From an uncultured Hyphomonas sp. (GTDB lineage: Bacteria; Pseudomonadota; Alphaproteobacteria; Caulobacterales; Hyphomonadaceae): a DNA stretch of 38,924 bases. Shown here in pieces: positions 9,111-16,990 of this stretch. The notes beneath the pieces are model-generated. The model saw only the letters and a program-made list of their open reading frames with translations, searched no databases and was not told where the DNA came from. The position numbers and the translations under genes are program-made. Position 1 is the first letter of the stretch. The number at the start of each line of letters is the position of its first letter. The stretch spans positions 1 through 38,924 of the forward strand of contig CAZXTI010000001.1 of NCBI GenBank assembly GCA_964643565.1, in the 5' to 3' direction.

Positions 9111-9593
9111 ATGAAGATACCCCGATTTATTGACAACCGGCGATCCTACCGAAAGCGTAACCTTTTTGTTGTGGTAGAGCCAACAAGAACGGACACGTTT
9201 CTTGAAATAAAATGGGTGCGACCAGAATTAGAGCGCACGGAGATGACAAAACACTTGCGGCCAAGGCAGGTTACGCTGCAAGGGCTCTGGAAAGATCTGG
9301 ACTATACTTACACGGACGAGATTTACACGTTTGCCTGCGGTATTAAGCCTGAGACACTCCCGCATATTGAAGTCTCACCTACGCAGCTTAGTCTTTACGG
9401 AAAAAAAGAAGAGCGCATCTCCTACCATCCTGAATGTTACCAGCATGTGGCGATTCACAGGCAATCGGCTGACACCTTGCAATTTTACCAACAGCATAAC
9501 ATGCTCGTTCTTCGGTTTCTGGAAGACCTTAATACCTTGAAAGGGAACTTGTTCTTCCCCTTACATTTTCGGGATAATGTGCCCCGCGCCTAA
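9111..9593 (+). CDS. Hypothetical protein (orphan, lower GC)
   Basis: 160-aa ORF starting 11 nt after the preceding stop. No recognisable motif. Hand counts on three 60-nt lines gave about 43-48% GC. The coding call is uncertain. Confidence 0.4.
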   Translation: MKIPRFIDNRRSYRKRNLFVVVEPTRTDTFLEIKWVRPELERTEMTKHLRPRQVTLQGLWKDLDYTYTDEIYTFACGIKPETLPHIEVSPTQLSLYGKKEERISYHPECYQHVAIHRQSADTLQFYQQHNMLVLRFLEDLNTLKGNLFFPLHFRDNVPRA

Positions 9594-9597
9594 AGCG

Positions 9598-10017
9598 CTA
9601 AAACCTTTGCCATGCCAATGCCCCGTTAGTTCCTTGTAAAAATTCTTGCATCAGTTCTGATCGCGTTTTGCCGTTAAGTTTATATCCTGAATAATTTATC
9701 CAACGCTGCCAGGATTCGCTCGCCGTCCTGCCAACAACACGTGCATCTCCAAGCGGTGCTCCGCCCAGTGTTTGTTGTACGACCTTTTTTTGATCAAGAT
9801 CAGGACGCCCATGATCCAGCAGCGCAACGGCAAAATCGTGTGAATCCAAATAGAAATTAGCCATGTGGCATTGAGATGGCCGCTTCTTGCTGATCAACCC
9901 CGACCCGGCATAGGAAGCGTCTTTATAGCCATGCTCCACGCACGCATGGTAATGCGCCAAAGACACCATGACACGGGTTAAGTGGAGTTTTTCATTCTTG
10001 GGCAGAGGGTTTGTCAT
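9598..10017 (-). CDS. Hypothetical protein (no signal peptide), translationally coupled to the upstream small lipoprotein gene
   Basis: 139-aa ORF. Its ATG overlaps the upstream stop in ATGA (10014-10017). It contains Cys/His-rich stretches (HYHACVEHGY, SQCHMANFY, HDFAVALLDHG). No family recognised. Confidence 0.45.
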   Translation of the reverse strand: MTNPLPKNEKLHLTRVMVSLAHYHACVEHGYKDASYAGSGLISKKRPSQCHMANFYLDSHDFAVALLDHGRPDLDQKKVVQQTLGGAPLGDARVVGRTASESWQRWINYSGYKLNGKTRSELMQEFLQGTNGALAWQRF

Positions 10018-10250
10018 GGCGCGAAATGTTGAAAGAGCTTGCGAAGGTGAGGCTGTCGAAAAAGCTGTCCCCTCTGGAGCCGAAAATTTGGTACCACAAA
10101 TGTACCATCTGCATTTTTCTTCGCTTTCGGTGTAATTGCTGATGTTGCAATGCCCGCCTGAACCTCATCCAGGATTGTTGTGCACCCGGCGACCAAGGAG
10201 CCCGTCATAAGGATAACGGCCATCAATCTCGTCTTAATCTTATAAGTCAT
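10014..10250 (-). CDS. Small lipoprotein, unknown function
   Basis: 78-aa ORF with signal peptide and lipobox LVAGC (MTYKIKTRLMAVILMTGSLVAGCTT). GGAGG lies upstream of the start. Confidence 0.5.
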   Translation of the reverse strand: MTYKIKTRLMAVILMTGSLVAGCTTILDEVQAGIATSAITPKAKKNADGTFVVPNFRLQRGQLFRQPHLRKLFQHFAP

Positions 10251-10525
10251 CTTCAGTTCTTCCCCTCCGAAAATATTAGTAGAGCTTATATTGATCGTTT
10301 TCTTATTCTAACGCGTGACGATGTTTGGGCAATAGTATGAACTTTTCAAGACTTAAGCTATTCTAGGAAAGGCAGATGTTTTCGGGCATGATCGGCAGGA
10401 TTATCTCGAAGACAGGCTGAACTGACAAATTTATGCCCCAATCAAGATCAAGCTGGAATAAAGCTTTCCTTTTTCGGCAGGGTTTGCTTATTGGGGTCCA
10501 AACTTAATCAAAAATGGGAATAACC

Positions 10526-10945
10526 ATGTCTGCAATCCTACACCTCGCTATTCCGGCAGGCGATCTCGCCAAAACAACAAAATTCTACACCGATGTTCTG
10601 GGATGCACCCTTGGAAACGGCGAAGAAGGCCTTTGGGTCGATGTCAATTTCTGGGGTAATGAGCTGACACTACATCAAAGCGAGGAACAGCTTCCTTGCG
10701 TTCGCCACGATGTCGATATGGGCGCTGTATTGGTTCCGCATTTCGGCATCCACTTGACACAAAGTGATTTCGACGCGGTCAAGGAACGTATCGCCGCTGC
10801 AGGTCTAGAATATATCGATGAACCCTATCGCCGCTTTAAAGGCGACAAGTATGAGCAGGAAACCTTTTTCATCGCCGATCCCAACAATAATACGCTTGAG
10901 ATCAAAACAATGAAAAACCCGGAAGTGCTCTTCCCTGATACTTAA
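10526..10945 (+). CDS. VOC (glyoxalase/bleomycin-resistance/dioxygenase) family protein
   Basis: MSAILHLAIPAGDLAKTTKFYTDVLGC is a typical VOC N-terminus. ATG 10526 has GGGA upstream. ATG 10514 is an alternative start. Confidence 0.75.
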   Translation: MSAILHLAIPAGDLAKTTKFYTDVLGCTLGNGEEGLWVDVNFWGNELTLHQSEEQLPCVRHDVDMGAVLVPHFGIHLTQSDFDAVKERIAAAGLEYIDEPYRRFKGDKYEQETFFIADPNNNTLEIKTMKNPEVLFPDT

Positions 10946-10990
10946 ACAACCCGTTTCTTCGCAAGGTTCAGCGAATAACCGAAAAGACCT

Positions 10991-11017
10991 CACCCGCTCA
11001 TTTCATATGGGCGGGTG
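10991..11017. terminator. Bidirectional hairpin terminator between the convergent VOC and P450 genes
   Basis: CACCCGCTCAT (10991-11001) pairs with ATGGGCGGGTG (11007-11017), 11 bp with one G-U pair and a 5-nt loop. T-rich runs follow on both strands (aatgcgtttt on plus, tcttttc on minus). Confidence 0.6.
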
Positions 11018-11031
11018 AATGCGTTTTACGT

Positions 11032-12360
11032 CTATTTATGCAGTATCACCGGCATCCAAGTGTAACCCTTCACGAACGGGTTTGGTGTCAGGCTTGGCTC
11101 AGCCATCACCTCAACATGTGAGAAACGCGCGAGCACCTCTTCCCAGAGAATGCGCAATTGCAGCTCGGCGAGACGATTACCGACGCAGCGGTGGATGCCA
11201 AACCCGAAAGACAGGTGACGGCGCACATTCGGGCGCTCAATCCAGAAATCATTCGGGCGCTCGAACTGGCGCTCATCGCGGTTGGCCGAGGCATACCACA
11301 TGGCAACCTGATCGCCCTTCTTGATGGTTTGCCCATGCATTTCAACATCTTCCATCGCGGTTCGGCGCATGAAAGCGAGCGGTGTCTGCCAGCGGATCGC
11401 TTCAGAAACCATGCTCGGAATCAAATCGTGATTCTTCTTAAGTATCTCAAATTGCTCAGGGAATTTATTTAGCGCTAAAACAGAACCCGTCATCGAGTTG
11501 CGGGTCGTGTCATTGCCGCCAACGATCAGCAGGATCACATTACCAAGTATTTCTTTCGGGATCATATTCTTGGTCTTCTCGCCAAGCGCAAGCAGCGTCA
11601 TCAGATCATTCGAACGCGGATTAGCTTTACGGTCTTCGAAAATCTGCACGAAAGTCATCATGCATTCGAGCATTTCAGTGCGCCACTGATCTTCCCCGCC
11701 CGGACAAATATCGGGGTTACGCATGCCGGTCGCGACATCTGACCAGCGCGTGAGTTGGCGGCGGTTCTCAAACGGGAAATCGAACAGCGTGGCGAGCATC
11801 ATCGTCGTCAGCTCGATCGACACCGTATCGACCCAGTCAAACGGCTCTCCTACTGGCAAACTATCAAGCAAATCCTGTGTGCGTTTGCGGATCAGCGGTT
11901 CAAACTCTTTCAAATTGGGCGGGCCAACGGCTGGCTGAACTGTTTTGCGCTGGGCGCCGTGTTGCGGCTCGTCCATGGCGATAAACATTGGCAGATCAAA
12001 GTCAGCCGGCGGTTCGCCGAGGGTAATGCCCCCATATTCCCAACTGGAAGAGAAGCGCTTGTGATCGATATCGACCTTCATCACGTCTTCATAGCGCGTG
12101 ATGGACCAGAAACCGCCGACAAAACTTTCCTCGCAAAAATGCACGGGCGCCTCATCGCGTAGACGCTTAAAACGCGGCCAATAGGCTTCTTGCCGCCACA
12201 GTTCCGGGTCAGCCATATTTATCAGATCCAGAGCAATCTCATCAGCCGGGACCGGAGCCTCGCCGTATTTCAACTGGTTCCAATGCAAAGGATCACGCTC
12301 AGTCACTTTTGGACGTTCCAGGGCGGGATGATCGCTAAATTGCGCGGCTGTATCGGCCAT
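11032..12360 (-). CDS. Cytochrome P450, CYP153-like (alkane/terminal hydroxylase family)
   Basis: 442-aa ORF with heme loop HLSFGFGIHRCVGNRLAELQLRILWEEV, I-helix LLIVGGNDTTRNSMTG and N-terminal GGFWSITRYEDVMKVDIDHKRFSS. All three match CYP153 signatures as I remember them. Confidence 0.9.
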   Translation of the reverse strand: MADTAAQFSDHPALERPKVTERDPLHWNQLKYGEAPVPADEIALDLINMADPELWRQEAYWPRFKRLRDEAPVHFCEESFVGGFWSITRYEDVMKVDIDHKRFSSSWEYGGITLGEPPADFDLPMFIAMDEPQHGAQRKTVQPAVGPPNLKEFEPLIRKRTQDLLDSLPVGEPFDWVDTVSIELTTMMLATLFDFPFENRRQLTRWSDVATGMRNPDICPGGEDQWRTEMLECMMTFVQIFEDRKANPRSNDLMTLLALGEKTKNMIPKEILGNVILLIVGGNDTTRNSMTGSVLALNKFPEQFEILKKNHDLIPSMVSEAIRWQTPLAFMRRTAMEDVEMHGQTIKKGDQVAMWYASANRDERQFERPNDFWIERPNVRRHLSFGFGIHRCVGNRLAELQLRILWEEVLARFSHVEVMAEPSLTPNPFVKGYTWMPVILHK

Positions 12361-12420
12361 TGTCTTTTCTCCTCAGCTGAGCATCTCGGCTCTTGGGAAT
12401 GAGGCTAGCATAAAACAAAT

Positions 12421-12444
12421 AAAAAAACTATGACGGGGGCGTCA
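12421..12444 (-). terminator. Possible terminator after the DUF2244 gene
   Basis: On the minus strand, TGACG cccc CGTCA (12431-12444) is followed by a T7 run (A run 12421-12427 on the plus strand). The stem is short, so confidence is modest. Confidence 0.4.
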
Positions 12445-12477
12445 CTTATTTTGAATCTGACGCGATGATCGCCAGCC

Positions 12478-12966
12478 TTAAAGTGTGTAATTGTGGCCGC
12501 GCGCCGCGTGGATGGCTGCGCGCAGATCTTTCGCAAACGCTTTGCGCCTTTTCGGCGTTAGAAAACGGCCAATGGCCCATGCTTTTCGGCCATATTGCAA
12601 CGTCAGAAAGCTATTATGGGTGACCGGCTCATCAAGCGCGACGCGGACAAAGGCGGTCGGAATATCGGCCTTTTTGTCAGGCTTGCCGCGCTGCATATGC
12701 CAAAGCCGGACATGGGTTTCATCCACACGCACATAGGTGACTTGTTCCTGGGCGCGGAAGTGTAAGCGAAACGCCAACCAGATCGCCAAGGCATCAAGCC
12801 CAAAGAACCCAAAGACCGGCCAAGCACCAACCATCCAATACAAAACACCGGCAGCAAAGCTAAACAGAGCAACGAGGCTCATCACAATCAAGAAAGCCGG
12901 TCTGCTAAGCGACGCATTCGGGTGAAGCTCAGTGTCGAGATAAATCGTCGGTTCGTCGTCTTTCAT
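12478..12966 (-). CDS. DUF2244 integral membrane protein (cytochrome oxidase-associated family)
   Basis: 162-aa ORF with two TM helices after LHPNASLSRPAFLIVMSLV, then a soluble C-terminal domain. The layout is typical of DUF2244. Confidence 0.7.
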   Translation of the reverse strand: MKDDEPTIYLDTELHPNASLSRPAFLIVMSLVALFSFAAGVLYWMVGAWPVFGFFGLDALAIWLAFRLHFRAQEQVTYVRVDETHVRLWHMQRGKPDKKADIPTAFVRVALDEPVTHNSFLTLQYGRKAWAIGRFLTPKRRKAFAKDLRAAIHAARGHNYTL

Positions 12967-13043
12967 GCGTTCCAGTGTTGCTTAAACATGCCCGTTTCAC
13001 ACTGCGGCCTTGCGCCGCGCCGTGCTTTGCCTAGAAAGACCCT

Positions 13044-13778
13044 ATGAGCAATCCTGCACCACCCAAAAAGAAACCTGCGACCCGCAAAAAGAAGCGGCGA
13101 AGCCCAGTGTTTAACGCCGCCAAAGCGACAGAATTTTACACCGCGCTTGCCAAAGACAGACCAAACCCGAAAACCGAACTGACATTCACCTCCCCTTACA
13201 CGCTTGTGGTTGCGGTGGCCCTTTCAGCCCAAGCGACGGATGTTGGTGTGAATAAAGCCACAAAAGGTCTGTTTGCGGTCGCCGACACGCCGGAGAAAAT
13301 GTTGGCGCTGGGCCTCAAAGGGGTTGAAGACCATATCAAGACCATTGGGCTTTGGCGTAATAAAGCAAAAAACGCCATCGCCATGTCGCAAATCTTGTTG
13401 GATGAGTTTGATGGTGTTGTCCCGCAAACCCGCGAAGATTTGATGCGTTTGCCCGGTGTTGGGCGCAAAACAGCGAATGTCGTTTTGAACGAAGCTTATG
13501 GACAGCCCACAATTGCTGTCGACACGCACATTTTCCGCGTTTCAAACCGTACCGGCCTTGCGCCCGGCAAAACGCCTGATGAGGTCGAAGCACAACTTGA
13601 GCGCGCCACACCGGTCGATTTCAAGCTTGGCGCGCACCATTGGCTTATCCTTCACGGGCGCTACACATGCACGGCGCGCAAACCAAAATGCTGGGCATGC
13701 TCCATTGCACATTTGTGTAAGTTTAAACCAAAATTACAAGACCCCGCCAAAACGTCAGATCTTGGGCCAAAATCGTAA
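13044..13778 (+). CDS. nth: Endonuclease III (DNA glycosylase/AP lyase)
   Basis: 244-aa ORF with HhH-GPD motif LPGVGRKTANVVL, catalytic DTH and a 4Fe-4S cluster loop CTARKPKCWACSIAHLC. It has a basic N-terminal extension. Confidence 0.95.
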   Translation: MSNPAPPKKKPATRKKKRRSPVFNAAKATEFYTALAKDRPNPKTELTFTSPYTLVVAVALSAQATDVGVNKATKGLFAVADTPEKMLALGLKGVEDHIKTIGLWRNKAKNAIAMSQILLDEFDGVVPQTREDLMRLPGVGRKTANVVLNEAYGQPTIAVDTHIFRVSNRTGLAPGKTPDEVEAQLERATPVDFKLGAHHWLILHGRYTCTARKPKCWACSIAHLCKFKPKLQDPAKTSDLGPKS

Positions 13779-13988
13779 TATTTTTGCCACACTGAGCTAT
13801 TAATACTGTGACCTGTAATGCGACATGGACCAGATTGTGATAGCTCTTGAATCTCACACGTTAACTTGAGATGAAAATATCCTGTCATGAGACTATATAC
13901 ACCGAGCACCAATACTTTATGGTGTAAGTTTAGTTAATACTGGTAGTGTACCCTTCTTTTGGTTGGGTTTTTTTGAAGGGTTTTTGAA

Positions 13989-15752
13989 ATGGTTGTTTCC
14001 CCTACGGCCAGCAGTATCCCCAGTCGCCCCGGCGATTTCAGCACGCTGAGCGACGCGCTTGACTATGCCGCGACCGGCGACACGGGCGTGAATTTCTATT
14101 CTTCCAACGGCTCCGTCAAACATGTCTTGCCATATCGGCAATTGCGCGCCGAAGCGATTGAGCTTGCAAAGCACCTCATTCCTCTGGCGCCCAAGAACGC
14201 CTTGGTCGGCCTCATTGCAGAAACGTCACCGGCTTTTGTGCGCGCATTTTTTGCCTGCCAATATGCTGGCCTCCTACCCGTTCCGATGCCTGTACCCACG
14301 ACAATGGGCGGCAAGGATAATTACCTCCACCAAATTCGGCAGATGTCACAAACGGCAAAAGTGTCTTGCTTGTTTGTCCCAGAACGCCTCACCGATATGC
14401 TGGCCCCGCTTCAGGAGCTCACAGGTCTTTCGCTTTATCAGCTGGAAGACCCCGGCCTGACAGAGCGCAGTGATAAGCTTCGCCCGCATAGCGCCGATGA
14501 TCTGTGCTACATCCAGTATTCTTCAGGCAGCACCAATGACCCTAAAGGCGTCATCGGCTCGCAAAAGTCTGTCGTCGCAAATTGCCACGCTATCATCGCC
14601 CACGGCTTACAGGTCCGCGAGAATGACCGGGCTGTGTCTTGGTTGCCGCTGTATCATGATATGGGCCTTATCGGCTTCCTTGTCGCGCCGATCATGTCGC
14701 AGCTCTCTCTCGACTTGATGGCCCCGTCTGATTTCGCAAGGCGTCCGCTGACATGGCTGGAAATCATCAGTCGCAATAAGGGCACGCTAAGCTATAGCCC
14801 AAGTTTTGGATATGAGATCTGCGTGCGGCGTTGGCGCAATGACAAAACGCTCGACTTATCTAGCTGGCGCGCGGCCGGCATTGGCGGAGATATGGTCCGC
14901 GCCGATGCGTTGGATGCATTTGCCGAAACATTCGGAAAATTTGGCTTCTCTGATAAATCCTATGTTCCAAGCTATGGCATGGCAGAAGCGACACTTGCCA
15001 TCGCATTTGCACCGCTTGGCCAAGGTGCGATACCGGACATGGTCGACAATGATCGCTTGCGTAGAAGCGGCGAAGCTCTACCTGTTTCTGATATTACCCA
15101 GACCAGCGCCAAGCGTACATTTATGCTATGCGGCAAAGTGCTTCCGGGTCATGAAATGGAAGTGCGCGATAAAGCTGGCAAAATCCTTGGAGACCGGCAG
15201 GTCGGGCGTATCTTTGTGCGGGGGCCATCCATAACACCCGGTTATTACCTGAACGAGGATGCCACCAATGCTGCCATCTCTGAAGATGGCTGGCTGGAAA
15301 CAGGCGACCTTGGTTATTCCTTGGACGGACAAATTGTTATCACAGGTCGCTCCAAAGACCTCATCCTCGCACATGGCCGTAATATTTGGCCGCAAGATCT
15401 TGAGTGGGCTGTTGAGAGCGCTGTCTCCGCCCGGATCGGTCGAACGGCGGCCTTCCCGGTTGAAAGCGAAAATGGGTCTGACGAAATCGTCCTCCTCGTG
15501 GAGTGTCGCTCACGGAAGCCGGAAAACCTTATTCGTGTTCACGCCGAAGCCAGCGCCGCAGCCCGTACCGCTGCAAATGCAAGTGTGCGCATCGGCCTTG
15601 TTCCCCTTTCCAGCCTGATCGTTACATCGTCTGGAAAAATCAGCCGCGCGCGGGCCCGTCAGAAATTTGTGCATGGTGGGTTTGAAGACCTTACCGATCT
15701 GACCGAGCACGAAGCCCGAAAAACTGCTAGCAATGGATCAGATGCGAGGTAG
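13989..15752 (+). CDS. Fatty acyl-AMP ligase / acyl-ACP synthetase-like adenylating enzyme
   Basis: 587-aa ORF with AMP-binding motifs YIQYSSGSTNDPKGV, YGMAEATL, TGDLGY and SGKISR. The FAAL-type N-terminus reads FFACQYAGLLPVPMPVP. Confidence 0.85.
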   Translation: MVVSPTASSIPSRPGDFSTLSDALDYAATGDTGVNFYSSNGSVKHVLPYRQLRAEAIELAKHLIPLAPKNALVGLIAETSPAFVRAFFACQYAGLLPVPMPVPTTMGGKDNYLHQIRQMSQTAKVSCLFVPERLTDMLAPLQELTGLSLYQLEDPGLTERSDKLRPHSADDLCYIQYSSGSTNDPKGVIGSQKSVVANCHAIIAHGLQVRENDRAVSWLPLYHDMGLIGFLVAPIMSQLSLDLMAPSDFARRPLTWLEIISRNKGTLSYSPSFGYEICVRRWRNDKTLDLSSWRAAGIGGDMVRADALDAFAETFGKFGFSDKSYVPSYGMAEATLAIAFAPLGQGAIPDMVDNDRLRRSGEALPVSDITQTSAKRTFMLCGKVLPGHEMEVRDKAGKILGDRQVGRIFVRGPSITPGYYLNEDATNAAISEDGWLETGDLGYSLDGQIVITGRSKDLILAHGRNIWPQDLEWAVESAVSARIGRTAAFPVESENGSDEIVLLVECRSRKPENLIRVHAEASAAARTAANASVRIGLVPLSSLIVTSSGKISRARARQKFVHGGFEDLTDLTEHEARKTASNGSDAR

Positions 15753-16676
15753 ATGGACACGTCGTCCGGGCATCTCGTAGCACTGACAGGAGCCACCGGT
15801 TTCCTCGGACGATCGGTTGTGCGCGAACTGTCCGCATCGCCCACCCATCATATACGCGCCCTGACCCGGCGACCGAAAACGACAAATGGCGTTGACTGGA
15901 TCGAAGGCGATTTAGACACCCTCCCCGCCCTGACCCACCTCTGCCAAGGCGCCGACACATTGATCCATATTGCCGGGCTAACAAAAGCGCGCACGCTCAA
16001 ACACCTTCTCGATGTCAACGAAAAAGGCACAGCCAGCCTCGTCCAGATTGCACGCGAAGCTGGCATTAAACGATTTATCCTCATCTCATCAATCGCCGCG
16101 CGCGAACCGCATTTGTCTCATTACGCAAATTCAAAACATGCCGGCGAAGAAGCAGCGCGCGCGCAGTGCGGAGATATGGAGCTTTTGATTATTCGACCCC
16201 CCGCAATCATCGGACCGGGTGATGATGCGATCAAACCAATGTTGGATATTCTCAAGCGCGGCTATCTTCCCGCCCCTGCCGGACGCGCTGGCAAAGAAGG
16301 CAAAATGGCATTTGTCTATGTTGATGATGTTGCCCGTTTTATCGTCTCTTGCATTAGCGCAAAAATCGACCGTCAGACCCTCACCCCCTATGGCGCAACA
16401 CCTGTGACCACTTGGCAGAGCCTTGCCGAAGATGCCGCAAAGGCTTTGGACCGGCCAGTTAAACTTGTTTCAATTGCGCCGAGCCTATTAAAAATAGCTG
16501 CTTTTTTCGCTGAAATCGTAAACAGTATGCTATTTCGGTCTGGGTTTTTCAATTCAGGCAAGGTAAGAGAATTACTACACCCAGACTGGACGGGCGACAT
16601 AGAGATTGGAGGATCTCGGAGCCTGCAAGACGCATTCGCACTTACATTTCATCTTAATTCATTAGAAGAAAACTAG
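15753..16676 (+). CDS. NAD(P)-dependent epimerase/dehydratase-family reductase (candidate ceramide/3-ketosphinganine reductase, CerR-like)
   Basis: The ATG directly abuts the upstream TAG stop. Rossmann motif LTGATGFLGRS and YANSK (a YxxxK catalytic motif). Its position between the ligase and ACP matches the Caulobacter sphingolipid locus. Confidence 0.75.
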   Translation: MDTSSGHLVALTGATGFLGRSVVRELSASPTHHIRALTRRPKTTNGVDWIEGDLDTLPALTHLCQGADTLIHIAGLTKARTLKHLLDVNEKGTASLVQIAREAGIKRFILISSIAAREPHLSHYANSKHAGEEAARAQCGDMELLIIRPPAIIGPGDDAIKPMLDILKRGYLPAPAGRAGKEGKMAFVYVDDVARFIVSCISAKIDRQTLTPYGATPVTTWQSLAEDAAKALDRPVKLVSIAPSLLKIAAFFAEIVNSMLFRSGFFNSGKVRELLHPDWTGDIEIGGSRSLQDAFALTFHLNSLEEN

Positions 16677-16722
16677 CTCACCGCATATAAAGAACGTAGG
16701 GCTAGACCTAAAGAGGACTCTT

Positions 16723-16974
16723 GTGACAGCTAACACTGAAGAAATATTATTTCAGAAAGTCACGGCGTTGCTGGTGCCTTACAACCATAATAAGGTTCCT
16801 GTTACGCAAGAAACAGAGATCATGGCTGAGCTAAATGTCGATTCTGTCGCGGTTTTTGACCTTATCATGGAGGTCGAAGACGAATATGATATTACCTTCC
16901 CTATGGAAACGGTGAGTGAAATAAAATCCGTTGGCGATTTGATCGATACGATCCGCAAACTAAAGAACATATAG
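16723..16974 (+). CDS. Acyl carrier protein
   Basis: 83-aa ORF with a GTG start and RBS AAAGAGGA. The phosphopantetheine site context is LNVDSVAVFDLIMEVEDEY. Confidence 0.85.
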   Translation: MTANTEEILFQKVTALLVPYNHNKVPVTQETEIMAELNVDSVAVFDLIMEVEDEYDITFPMETVSEIKSVGDLIDTIRKLKNI

Positions 16975-16990
16975 CAAGGCAATATCGGGA

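Noticed and set aside
10430-10500. Complementary 7-mers CCCCAAT / ATTGGGG, 47 nt apart, upstream of the VOC gene, considered as a riboswitch or leader structure.
   Set aside because: This is a single short long-range pairing without supporting nested helices or a known riboswitch core.
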